From Candidatus Eiseniibacteriota bacterium (GTDB lineage Bacteria > Eisenbacteria > RBG-16-71-46 > CAZEPH01): a stretch of 64,000 bases of DNA. A program made the position numbers and the translations under genes. Below, piece by piece: positions 49,674 through 58,096 of this stretch (position 1 is its first letter; every line of letters begins with the position of its first letter). Under the pieces are notes generated by a model that worked only from the letters and a program-made list of their open reading frames with translations, made no database searches and had not been told where the DNA came from. The stretch lies in NCBI GenBank assembly GCA_044229145.1, contig JBGATO010000002.1, positions 32,001 to 96,000 on the forward strand, given 5' to 3'.

Positions 49674-51058
49674 GCCGCGAGGGAACCATCGTCGCCGGCT
49701 ACATCGTGCCGGGCATGCCGCATCCGCTGCTGGTGCCGGAGCGCAACGCCGGATGGGCATCGCTGCGCGCGAGCTACGAACGTGTCGCGGCGGAGATCGC
49801 GCGTCACGACGCCGACCTGCTCATTCTCTACAGCACGCAGTGGATCTCGATCATCGGTCACCAAGTGCAGGCCGATCCCGAACCGGTGTGGCATCACGTC
49901 GACCCCGAGTGGCACGAGCTCGGCGACATGCCGTATCGCTTCCGCATCGACGCGCCGTTTGGCGCCGCGCTCGAATCGGCGGCACACGCGCGCGGACTCG
50001 CGGCGCGCACCGTCGCCTACCACGGTTTCCCGATCGACACCGGCACCGTCGTCGCGCTCACACTGCTCAATCCGGGCAATCGCCTGCCGGCAAGCGTCGT
50101 GTCGTGCAACATGTATGCGGATCGCGCCGAGACGCTCATCTGGGGCAAGGCGGCACGCGACGCCGTGCGCGCGTGCGGCAAGCGCGCGGTGGCCATCGCG
50201 GTGACCGCATTGTCGAACCGCATGTTCACGCATGACATCGATCCGGCTGAGGATCGCATCAGTTCGCTCAAGGACGACGAGTGGAATCGCAAACTCCTCG
50301 AATTGCTCGGCGAAGGGCGGCTCGAGGACGTGTCGCAGTTGGCGCGCGAGTTCAGCGCGCAGGCCAACGGCGATCAGAGGCTGAAGGCCCTGTGGTGGCT
50401 CGCCGCGCTCATGGGACAGCACAACGACTACGTCGGCGTGGTGCATGACTATCAGGCCGTGTGGGGAACCGGCGCGGCCATCGTCGGCCTGACGCCGACC
50501 GATACCCCGGCGGCGCGCCTCGAGTTCGACGAGGAAGATGTCGACGTCTTCGCGGGCGAGCGCAATGTGCTCGGCGCGCCCGGCGCACAGCCGCCGCGTG
50601 TCGCGTCGCCGTCGCGCGACGCGGCGGTCGCCGTCGCGGAGCCGCCCACCGCAATTCACTCGGAGCACGCACCGGCGCCGGTCGGCCCGTATCCGCATGC
50701 GCGGCGCGTCGGCGAGTTGCTCTTCGTCAGTGGCATGGGGCCGCGCGACCCGAAGACCAACGAGATCCCGGGCGGGCCGGTGCGTGGCGCCGACGGACAG
50801 CCGCGCGACTACGACATCGAGGCACAAACGCGCGCGACGATCGAGAACGTCAAGCGTGTCCTCGAGGATGCCGGCGCGTCGCTGCGCGACGTGTTCGACG
50901 TGACAGTGTTCCTGATCGACATGGATCGCGATTTCGCGACGTTCAATCGGGTGTACGGCGAATATTTCGCCGACATCGCGCCGACGCGCACGACGCTCGC
51001 GGTGCGTGCATTGCCGACGCCGATCGCGGTGGAACTCAAGGTCATCGCCCAGGGGTGA
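49670..51058 (+). CDS. 2-aminophenol 1,6-dioxygenase alpha subunit fused to a RidA-type 2-aminomuconate deaminase
   Basis: N-terminal PG.PHP.L, YSTQW, VD..W, FPIDTGT, Y..V.GTGAA; C-terminal PVGPYPHARR.G.LLFVSG.GPR...PTRTT.AV..LPTPIAVELK in one frame. Confidence 0.85.
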   Translation: MSREGTIVAGYIVPGMPHPLLVPERNAGWASLRASYERVAAEIARHDADLLILYSTQWISIIGHQVQADPEPVWHHVDPEWHELGDMPYRFRIDAPFGAALESAAHARGLAARTVAYHGFPIDTGTVVALTLLNPGNRLPASVVSCNMYADRAETLIWGKAARDAVRACGKRAVAIAVTALSNRMFTHDIDPAEDRISSLKDDEWNRKLLELLGEGRLEDVSQLAREFSAQANGDQRLKALWWLAALMGQHNDYVGVVHDYQAVWGTGAAIVGLTPTDTPAARLEFDEEDVDVFAGERNVLGAPGAQPPRVASPSRDAAVAVAEPPTAIHSEHAPAPVGPYPHARRVGELLFVSGMGPRDPKTNEIPGGPVRGADGQPRDYDIEAQTRATIENVKRVLEDAGASLRDVFDVTVFLIDMDRDFATFNRVYGEYFADIAPTRTTLAVRALPTPIAVELKVIAQG

Positions 51059-51648
51059 ACGCCCCGCTGGTCACCGACGGTGCCGGCGCGCTCCTGCCGT
51101 GGGCGCGCAGCCTGTGGGTGTACGCCGGCGTGCTGTTCGCGGACGCGCTCTCGCTGCCGGTGGGCTCGACACTCTACGTGGCGGCGATGGGCACGGTGCA
51201 CTCGCCGCTGGTCGTCGCGTTGGTCGGCGCATCGGCGACGACGGCCGGCTCGCTGGCGCAGTATGGGATCGTGCGGTGGATCATGCGGGCGGGTGTCACG
51301 CGGCGGGGCGCGGTAGCCCGTGTGCGTGCGCGCATCGAGCATGCGGTGGCCCATGCACGCGATGCGACGGCGGCGGCGCTGTTCGTCGTCTATGCGACGC
51401 CGCTCAGCGCGGGGCCCCTGCGGTTGATCGCCGCGGTGAGCGGCTTCTCGCTGTGGCGCTTCACGGCCGCCATCTGGTTGGGCTGCCTGCCCTACTATTT
51501 CGTGCTCGCCACCCTCGGGCGGGCGATTCACTTTCCGTGGTGGATGTTGGCCGCGGGCATCGGCATCGTGCTGGGATTGGGGATCGTGCACGCGGTGCAG
51601 ATGTGGCGCGCCGCGTCCCCCGAGGGCGGCGCGGCGCGCGACGACTAG
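51055..51648 (+). CDS. VTT/DedA-like membrane protein
   Basis: Hydrophobic; GS...Y, TPL.......A...F....F......G pattern; GTGA overlap. Confidence 0.6.
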   Translation: MNAPLVTDGAGALLPWARSLWVYAGVLFADALSLPVGSTLYVAAMGTVHSPLVVALVGASATTAGSLAQYGIVRWIMRAGVTRRGAVARVRARIEHAVAHARDATAAALFVVYATPLSAGPLRLIAAVSGFSLWRFTAAIWLGCLPYYFVLATLGRAIHFPWWMLAAGIGIVLGLGIVHAVQMWRAASPEGGAARDD

Positions 51649-51652
51649 CGGA

Positions 51653-54163
51653 TTACGGTTCGAGCAATCCCGGCGCATCGAGCGGCAGCATCATCACGCA
51701 CGGCGCGCCCGCGGAGCCCAGGAGGCGCACGTAGAATTCGCGGTCGCGCGCCGCCATCGCCGGCAACCACGCGCTCGCGTTCGCGGCCAGCGGCGACACC
51801 TTGAAAGCGTCCGGGTTGATGGCGCCGCGCTGCGGACCTTGGACGACCTCCACCTCGCGGCTCCGCGAGAGACCGGCGAGATCCCGCGCGGCTTCCATCG
51901 CCTCCCACAGCCCGCCGAGTGAGTCCACCAGGCCGATGCGGCGCCCGGCGACGCCGCTGAAGAAGTGGCCTTGGCCGATCGTATCGACGGCATCCGGCGT
52001 CATGTGCCGGCCACGCGCCACGGCGCCGACGAATTCGCCGTACATGGTGCGGAACTGCGTCTCGATGATGCCACGTTCGTCGCCGGTGAGCTGCCGCTGC
52101 GGCAGGGTCGCGCCGACGAGCGGAAACGTCACGCCGCGCGACATGTCGGCGTGGGCGCCATGCTGGACTCCGTCGTACGTGAGTCCCAGCTTGGCGGACG
52201 CCTTCTTGTCCCAGAACCAGCCGCCGATGACGCCGATCGACCCGGTGATGGTGACCGGTGTCGCCAAAATGCGCGTGGCGTCCATCGAAATCCAATAGCC
52301 GCCGGAACCGGCGAGCGCGCCCTGCGACACGACCACCGGCTTGCGTGGTGTCAGCGCGCGAATCTCACGTGCCACGAGGTCGCTCGGCAGGGGATCGCCG
52401 CCCGGCGAATCGACGCACAGGACGACCGCCTTCACCGTGCGATCCTCCGCCGCCGCGTGCAGCGCGCGGCTCAGCGCGCGGCCGCGGATTCCGGTGTCCA
52501 TGTCGCACGGGCCGATGGCGTAGAGCAACGCGATGCGGTCGCGCGCGCCCCATTCGTCCGACGCGAATGCGTCAGAGCCTCCGAGAGGGGCGAGCGGTGA
52601 GGCGGCGCCGCGCACACGCGCGGTCACGCGCCGGGCATCCGCGCGCGCGTCCGCGTACGAGCCTGTCGTGTCGGCCAATCCCGCGGCCACGGCGGCGTGG
52701 CCGCGCGCGTAGACCTGTCGATCCACGAACCCATCGAATGCGGCGCGCGAAAGGCCACGCGACGCGCAGATCGCGTCTGCCATCGCCGCGTATGCGTCGT
52801 CGACGAAGTTCTGGCGCTGCGTGCTGTCGGCCGGCGACATCGTGGTGCGCGAAAAACTCTCCATCGCCGACTTGTAGGTGAAGAAGCGCCACTCGTCGAA
52901 GCCGATGCCCATCTTGGCGATGGCATCGTGATAGAAGGTGCGGCCCATCGCCAGGCCTTCCAGCATCACGCTCCCCTGCGGATCGAGCCACAGGCGATCG
53001 GCGCTCGCGGCCACGAGATAGGTGGTGAAGTCGAGATCGTCCGCGTACACGGTGACCGTCTTTCCGCGCGCCTGCAGACGGCGCAGCTGCTCGTGCAGTT
53101 GCCACGCTTGCGCGCCCGGGATCGACGCGCGCGACAGCTTCACCACGACGCCGTGTACGCTGGGGTCGTCGGCCATCCGCGCGAGGCGCGACAGCACGCC
53201 GAAGAACGCCGTCCGGTCGTCGAACAGCCGGAAGCGCTGGTAGGTCATGACGCGCCCGAGGTCGATCTCGACGATGCGGCGCGCGCGCGGCGCGAGCTGT
53301 TCGGTCAATGCGCGTCCGCGCGTCCCGAGTTCGACCGAGTAGCCGTCCTGGAGGTGGTTGCCATCGGTGTCGTACTGCGAGCGAATGGTGCCACGGACAC
53401 CGCGGAGGAGGTCGGCGGCCACCGCGACGCTGAATCCGCCAGTTCCGCGCGCCTTGCCGGCGATGCTGAGGCCGGGGAGCGGGCGCAACTCGGCGCCGTA
53501 GCCCAACTGCGCATCCTTCCAGCGGTCCCCGCGCTCGCGGCTGACATCACCGAAGAGGGTCAGCCGCGGGCCGAACGGCCGCACGCCGAGGTCGCCCTGG
53601 AATGTGTGTCCGCGCTGATTCAGATCCCACGTCTGCGCCAGGCCGACGGAGACGTAGCGATTCGGCCGCATGACCGTGCCGAGCGTGAATCGCTCGTGGC
53701 GCAGCGCCGCGATGTTGTGGCCTTCACTCCACCCATAGCCGAAGCCGAGCGCTCCCGCCCGTCCGCCGAAACCGAGGCCGAGCGAGTAGTCGGTCAACGT
53801 CTGCTCGGCCACCCCGGATCCGCCGGTCACGAACGCGCGCCGCGTGAACCCGAGCCCGCCGGTGGACACCACGAACGTCGACGCGCGCTGCGGGATGCCG
53901 CCGGCGCCCAGCGAATCTCCCGCGAAGAACAATCCGCCGTGGCCCTGCACCGCCCACACGGCGGGATTGAACAGTCCGCCCGCGATGCTGCGTGTGGTGC
54001 CGGGCGTGTCGAGCAGGAACTGCGATTCGCGGGGATAGTCGGGAAGGGAACCGGTTTGCGCGAGAGCGCTTCGGGCAATGGTGATCGCCAGAAACGCGGT
54101 CACCGCTCGCAGGGTGGGGAGCGCCGCGGCGAGTCGAGTCGCGCGCGTGCCGTGTCCGGACAT
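51653..54163 (-). CDS. sppA: S49 family protease (SppA) with N-terminal beta-barrel-like domain
   Basis: Tandem S49 domains: YKSAME, DSPGG, GSGGYWIS, TGSIGV, GLVD.LGG; signal peptide; AGGAGG SD. Confidence 0.85.
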   Translation of the reverse strand: MSGHGTRATRLAAALPTLRAVTAFLAITIARSALAQTGSLPDYPRESQFLLDTPGTTRSIAGGLFNPAVWAVQGHGGLFFAGDSLGAGGIPQRASTFVVSTGGLGFTRRAFVTGGSGVAEQTLTDYSLGLGFGGRAGALGFGYGWSEGHNIAALRHERFTLGTVMRPNRYVSVGLAQTWDLNQRGHTFQGDLGVRPFGPRLTLFGDVSRERGDRWKDAQLGYGAELRPLPGLSIAGKARGTGGFSVAVAADLLRGVRGTIRSQYDTDGNHLQDGYSVELGTRGRALTEQLAPRARRIVEIDLGRVMTYQRFRLFDDRTAFFGVLSRLARMADDPSVHGVVVKLSRASIPGAQAWQLHEQLRRLQARGKTVTVYADDLDFTTYLVAASADRLWLDPQGSVMLEGLAMGRTFYHDAIAKMGIGFDEWRFFTYKSAMESFSRTTMSPADSTQRQNFVDDAYAAMADAICASRGLSRAAFDGFVDRQVYARGHAAVAAGLADTTGSYADARADARRVTARVRGAASPLAPLGGSDAFASDEWGARDRIALLYAIGPCDMDTGIRGRALSRALHAAAEDRTVKAVVLCVDSPGGDPLPSDLVAREIRALTPRKPVVVSQGALAGSGGYWISMDATRILATPVTITGSIGVIGGWFWDKKASAKLGLTYDGVQHGAHADMSRGVTFPLVGATLPQRQLTGDERGIIETQFRTMYGEFVGAVARGRHMTPDAVDTIGQGHFFSGVAGRRIGLVDSLGGLWEAMEAARDLAGLSRSREVEVVQGPQRGAINPDAFKVSPLAANASAWLPAMAARDREFYVRLLGSAGAPCVMMLPLDAPGLLEP

Positions 54164-54301
54164 GTGACACCTCCTGTCGCGTGGGAGCACGGCGCGTCGG
54201 CCCAGGGGGCGGCGACGAATCGCGCAACGTGCTGTCGAATCGAACACTTGGTCCGCGCGAGGCGCGGAACCGGCAGGGCCCATGGCGGCGGGCCGCGATC
54301 C

Positions 54302-54340
54302 GAAAACGCAAGGCCGGTGCCACGCGTGCGGCACCGGCCT
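54302..54340 (-). terminator. Intrinsic terminator of the sdh operon (3' arm also matches a sigma54 motif)
   Basis: Minus strand AGGCCGGTGCC-N8-GGCACCGGCCT-TGCGTTTT. Confidence 0.65.
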
Positions 54341-54369
54341 GTCGAGACGACGACGAATCGAACGCCACA

Positions 54370-55146
54370 CTACACCTGCATCGGCTCCTTCTTGCCGCCG
54401 CCGGTCAGCGCGCGCCAGATCATCTTGATCGGATCATAGTAGCGGTCCGCGACGCGCTCCTTCAGAGGGATGATGGCGTTGTCGGTGATGGTGATGCTTT
54501 CGGGGCACACCTCCGTGCAGCACTTGGTGATGTTGCACAGCCCGATCCCGCCCTCGTGACGCAGGAACGGCACGCGATCGGCGCCGTCCATCGGGTGCAT
54601 TTCGAGCGCCGCGTTGCGCACGAAGAAGCGCGGCCCGGCAAACTGCTCCTTCTTCTCGTGCGACCGCAACACGTGGCAGACGTCCTGGCACAGGAAGCAC
54701 TCGATGCACTTGCGGAACTCCTGCACGCGATCGATCTCGTGCTGGTAGTAGATCCAGTTCGCGTCGGCGCGCGGGGTGAAGCCGGTGATCTGGCGATTCA
54801 CCTCGTAGTTCCACGAGACGTCGGTCACCAAGTCCTTGATCACCGGGAAGGTCTTGAGCGGCATGACCGTGATCGTCTCGCCTTCGGCGAAGTGATCCAT
54901 GCGCGTCTTGCACATGAGCGACGGCTTGCCGTTGACCTCGGCGCTGCACGAGCCGCACTTGGCGGCCTTGCAGTTCCACCGCACCGCGAGATCCGGTGCG
55001 GCGTTGGCCTGGATCCAGTGGATCGCGTCGAGCACCACCATGCCGGGCTCGATGGGGACGGTGAAGTCCTGCGTCTGCCCGCCGTTCTGGTCGCCGCGAA
55101 AGACCTTGAGCAGCGCATTGCGGGTTCCGCTTCCGTGTCCGCTCAC
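54370..55146 (-). CDS. sdhB: Succinate dehydrogenase iron-sulfur subunit
   Basis: CKAAKCGSC, CIECFLCQDVC, CNITKCCTEVCP. Confidence 0.95.
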   Translation of the reverse strand: MSGHGSGTRNALLKVFRGDQNGGQTQDFTVPIEPGMVVLDAIHWIQANAAPDLAVRWNCKAAKCGSCSAEVNGKPSLMCKTRMDHFAEGETITVMPLKTFPVIKDLVTDVSWNYEVNRQITGFTPRADANWIYYQHEIDRVQEFRKCIECFLCQDVCHVLRSHEKKEQFAGPRFFVRNAALEMHPMDGADRVPFLRHEGGIGLCNITKCCTEVCPESITITDNAIIPLKERVADRYYDPIKMIWRALTGGGKKEPMQV

Positions 55147-56966
55147 TTCGCGGCCTCCTTCTTCGGCGCGTCGAACAACGCCTTGAGCTCCGCCGGCATC
55201 ACCGGCAGCGGCGTCGCCTCCACCGACATCGCGCCGTCCTTCAGCTTGGTGCAGTGGTTGACCGAGCCGAACGCCTCGCTCTTGTCGGGGAAGTCGAGAC
55301 GCGCATGGCCGCCGCGCGATTCCTTGCGCAGGATCGCCGAGCGCACGATGGCCTCCGACACCAGCAGCATGTTCTGCAGGTCGCGCGACAGGTGCCAGCC
55401 GGGGTTGTAGACGCGCGAGCCGGCGACGCTCACCTTGTCGGCGCGCGCGCGCAGCGCCAGGATGGCGTCGAGGCCCTTCTGCATCTCCGACTCCTCGCGG
55501 AAGATGCCGACGTGGTCGTTCATCGCCTGCTGCAGTGCCTTGTGCACCGCGTACGGCGACTCGCCGCCGCTGCGCGCGAACGGTGCAAGCATCAGCGACT
55601 GTTGTTCGCCGATCTCGCTCTCGCTGATCGCCAGGTTCTTCGGCGCCGACTTGGCATAGAGCGCGGCGTGCTCGCCGGCCCGCCGGCCGAACACCAGCAA
55701 GTCGCTCAGCGAGTTGCCGCCGAGGCGGTTCGCGCCGTGCATGCCGGCGGCCGCTTCACCGGCCGCGAACAGGCCGGGCACGGTGGCCGCGGTGGTGTCG
55801 GCTTCGACGCGCACGCCGCCCATGATGTAGTGCGTGGTCGGCCCGACTTCCATCGGCTGCTGCGTGATGTCGACGTCGGCGAGTTCCTTGAACTGGTCGT
55901 ACATCGACGGCAACTTCTTGCGCACGCGCTCCGCCGGCAGGTACGAGATGTCGAGGAACGCGCCGCCGTGCGGGCTGCCGCGTCCATCCTTCACCTCGGT
56001 GTAGATGGCGCGCGCCACGTTGTCACGCGTCGACAGCTCCGGCGGCCGCCGCGCGTCGGTCTGCTTGCGCTCGAACGACGCCTCGAGCCACGCGCGTGCT
56101 TCGTCCTCGTTCTCGGCGTACTCGTGCCGGCGCTCCTCCGGCAGGTACTTCCACATGAAGCGCTCGTTCTTGCTGTTGCGCAGGATGCCGCCCTCGCCGC
56201 GCACGCCTTCGGTCACCAGCAAGCCCATGACGCCGGGCGGCCACACCATGCCGGTCGGGTGGAACTGGATGAACTCCATGTCGATGAGTTCGGCGCCGGC
56301 GCGGTAGGCGAGCGACTGCCCGTCGCCCGTGTACTCCCACGAGTTCGACGTGATCTTGTACGACTTGCCGATGCCGCCGGTGGCCAGCACGACGGCCGGC
56401 GCGCGGAACAGCACGAACTCGCCGGTCTGCCGCTTGTAGCCGAACGCGCCGGCGATCTTGCCGCCGCTCTGGAACAGATGGACGATCGTCGTCTCCATGT
56501 AGACCTGGAGACCTTGGTGCACGCCGCGGTCCTGCAGCGTGCGGATCATCTCGAGGCCGGTGCGGTCGCCGACGTGGGCGAGGCGCTTCCACTTGTGGCC
56601 GCCGAACGCGCGCTGCAGGATCTTGCCGTCCGTCGTGCGGTCGAACGCGGCGCCCCACTGCTCGAGTTCCTTGACGCGGGCCGGCGCTTCCTGCGCGTGG
56701 AGTTGCGCCATGCGCCAGTTGTTGAGGAAGCCGCCGCCCTTCATGGTGTCCTGGAAGTGCGTTTCCCAGCCATCCTGCGGGTCGACGTGGCCGAGCGCGG
56801 CGGCGATGCCGCCTTCCGCCATCACGGTGTGCGCCTTGCCGAGCAGCGACTTGCAGACGAGTCCCACCGAGACGCCATGGTTCGAGGCCTGGATCGCCGC
56901 GCTGAGGCCGGCGCCGCCGGCGCCGATGACGAGAACGTCGTGTTCGTAGGTCGTGTACTTTTCCAT
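55143..56966 (-). CDS. sdhA: Succinate dehydrogenase flavoprotein subunit
   Basis: GAGGAG, HTVMAEGG, QFHPTG, TEGVRGEGG, HGANRLGGNSL, RKESRG. Confidence 0.96.
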   Translation of the reverse strand: MEKYTTYEHDVLVIGAGGAGLSAAIQASNHGVSVGLVCKSLLGKAHTVMAEGGIAAALGHVDPQDGWETHFQDTMKGGGFLNNWRMAQLHAQEAPARVKELEQWGAAFDRTTDGKILQRAFGGHKWKRLAHVGDRTGLEMIRTLQDRGVHQGLQVYMETTIVHLFQSGGKIAGAFGYKRQTGEFVLFRAPAVVLATGGIGKSYKITSNSWEYTGDGQSLAYRAGAELIDMEFIQFHPTGMVWPPGVMGLLVTEGVRGEGGILRNSKNERFMWKYLPEERRHEYAENEDEARAWLEASFERKQTDARRPPELSTRDNVARAIYTEVKDGRGSPHGGAFLDISYLPAERVRKKLPSMYDQFKELADVDITQQPMEVGPTTHYIMGGVRVEADTTAATVPGLFAAGEAAAGMHGANRLGGNSLSDLLVFGRRAGEHAALYAKSAPKNLAISESEIGEQQSLMLAPFARSGGESPYAVHKALQQAMNDHVGIFREESEMQKGLDAILALRARADKVSVAGSRVYNPGWHLSRDLQNMLLVSEAIVRSAILRKESRGGHARLDFPDKSEAFGSVNHCTKLKDGAMSVEATPLPVMPAELKALFDAPKKEAAK

Positions 56967-57745
56967 CAGCGCCCCGGGAAGTTGAGGATGCCCGCCGCGC
57001 ACATGCGGATGTAGGCATCGGCGATGACGACGGTGTAGAGGCTCGCCCAGAAGTACTGCATGTGGCGGCCGTTGAGCGCGCTCACCAGGCTCCACGCCTT
57101 GTAGCGGACCTCGCCGCCCTTCGCACACGAGAAGCAGTCGACGTTGCCGCCGATCATGTGGCGGAAGGCGTGACACGAAGTGGCGTAGAGCGTGAGCAGC
57201 GCGGTGTCGAGGATGAGCAGCAAGTTTCCGAGACCGACGCGCACGTGGCCGTCGTACCAGAACGATCGCACCACGTGGAACCAGTGGATGGCGATCAACG
57301 CGAGCGCGAGGTAGAGGAAGTAGCGGTGCAGATTCTGCAGCCAGAACGGGAAGCTCTTTTCGCCGCCGTAGCCTGCGAGATGCGGCGCGGTGCCCACCGC
57401 GCAGGCGGCCGGCGAGCCGAACACCGAGCGGTAGTAGACGCGGCGCATGTAATAGCAGGTGGCGCGGAAGAGGATCGGCACCGCGAGCGTCAGCGCGGTC
57501 AGCAGGCCGGTCATCGCGATGCCCGGCAACTCGGCGTGGATCGGCGAGCGCAGCGATTCGAACTGCACACCGTCCGGATGGCTGCCGGACCAGCCGGCGT
57601 ATCCCATCGCGACGAGTAACGCGACGAGTTGGAACAGAGGCGATTGCCACCACGCGTCTGTGCGTTCGGTGGCGCCGAAGGGCTGACCGCACCCCGCGCC
57701 GCGATAGGCTTCGGGCGTGGCGGTCAAAGTACGTGCAGGAGGCAT
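56966..57745 (-). CDS. Succinate dehydrogenase membrane anchor, type-F (mycobacterial Sdh1 Rv0249c-like)
   Basis: FRATCYY.R..YYRS, P.ACAV, Y.GE..FP..LQN.HRYF.Y, SCH.FRH, LN..HM...W.SL. Confidence 0.8.
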   Translation of the reverse strand: MPPARTLTATPEAYRGAGCGQPFGATERTDAWWQSPLFQLVALLVAMGYAGWSGSHPDGVQFESLRSPIHAELPGIAMTGLLTALTLAVPILFRATCYYMRRVYYRSVFGSPAACAVGTAPHLAGYGGEKSFPFWLQNLHRYFLYLALALIAIHWFHVVRSFWYDGHVRVGLGNLLLILDTALLTLYATSCHAFRHMIGGNVDCFSCAKGGEVRYKAWSLVSALNGRHMQYFWASLYTVVIADAYIRMCAAGILNFPGR

Positions 57746-58096
57746 CGTCCGTCTTCCGTCGTGGGACCATGTGCGATGATGCGAGCGCATCATCCGGCGG
57801 GGAGCCGTGCGCATGGCGAACGCGATGCAAAACCGAGAGGCGCGGGCAGCATGCGGCCGACATCCCCAGAATTGCGGCACCTTAGCACAGGGCACCACCC
57901 CCGGAAACCCGCGCCGGGGTCGCCATCGGGTCCATCGCCCGGGAGATGTCGGGCATCGCGGAACCTGAATCCCCTCCGCGGCCTCTGTGATCTCGTGCAA
58001 AGCCGGCGTGCGCGCCGGCGTACCACCTCTGGCTGATCTGGATCGTCCACGCGGTCCCCGGCTGGAGCGCCGTCCCCGTCTGCCGGGGGGCTTCCC

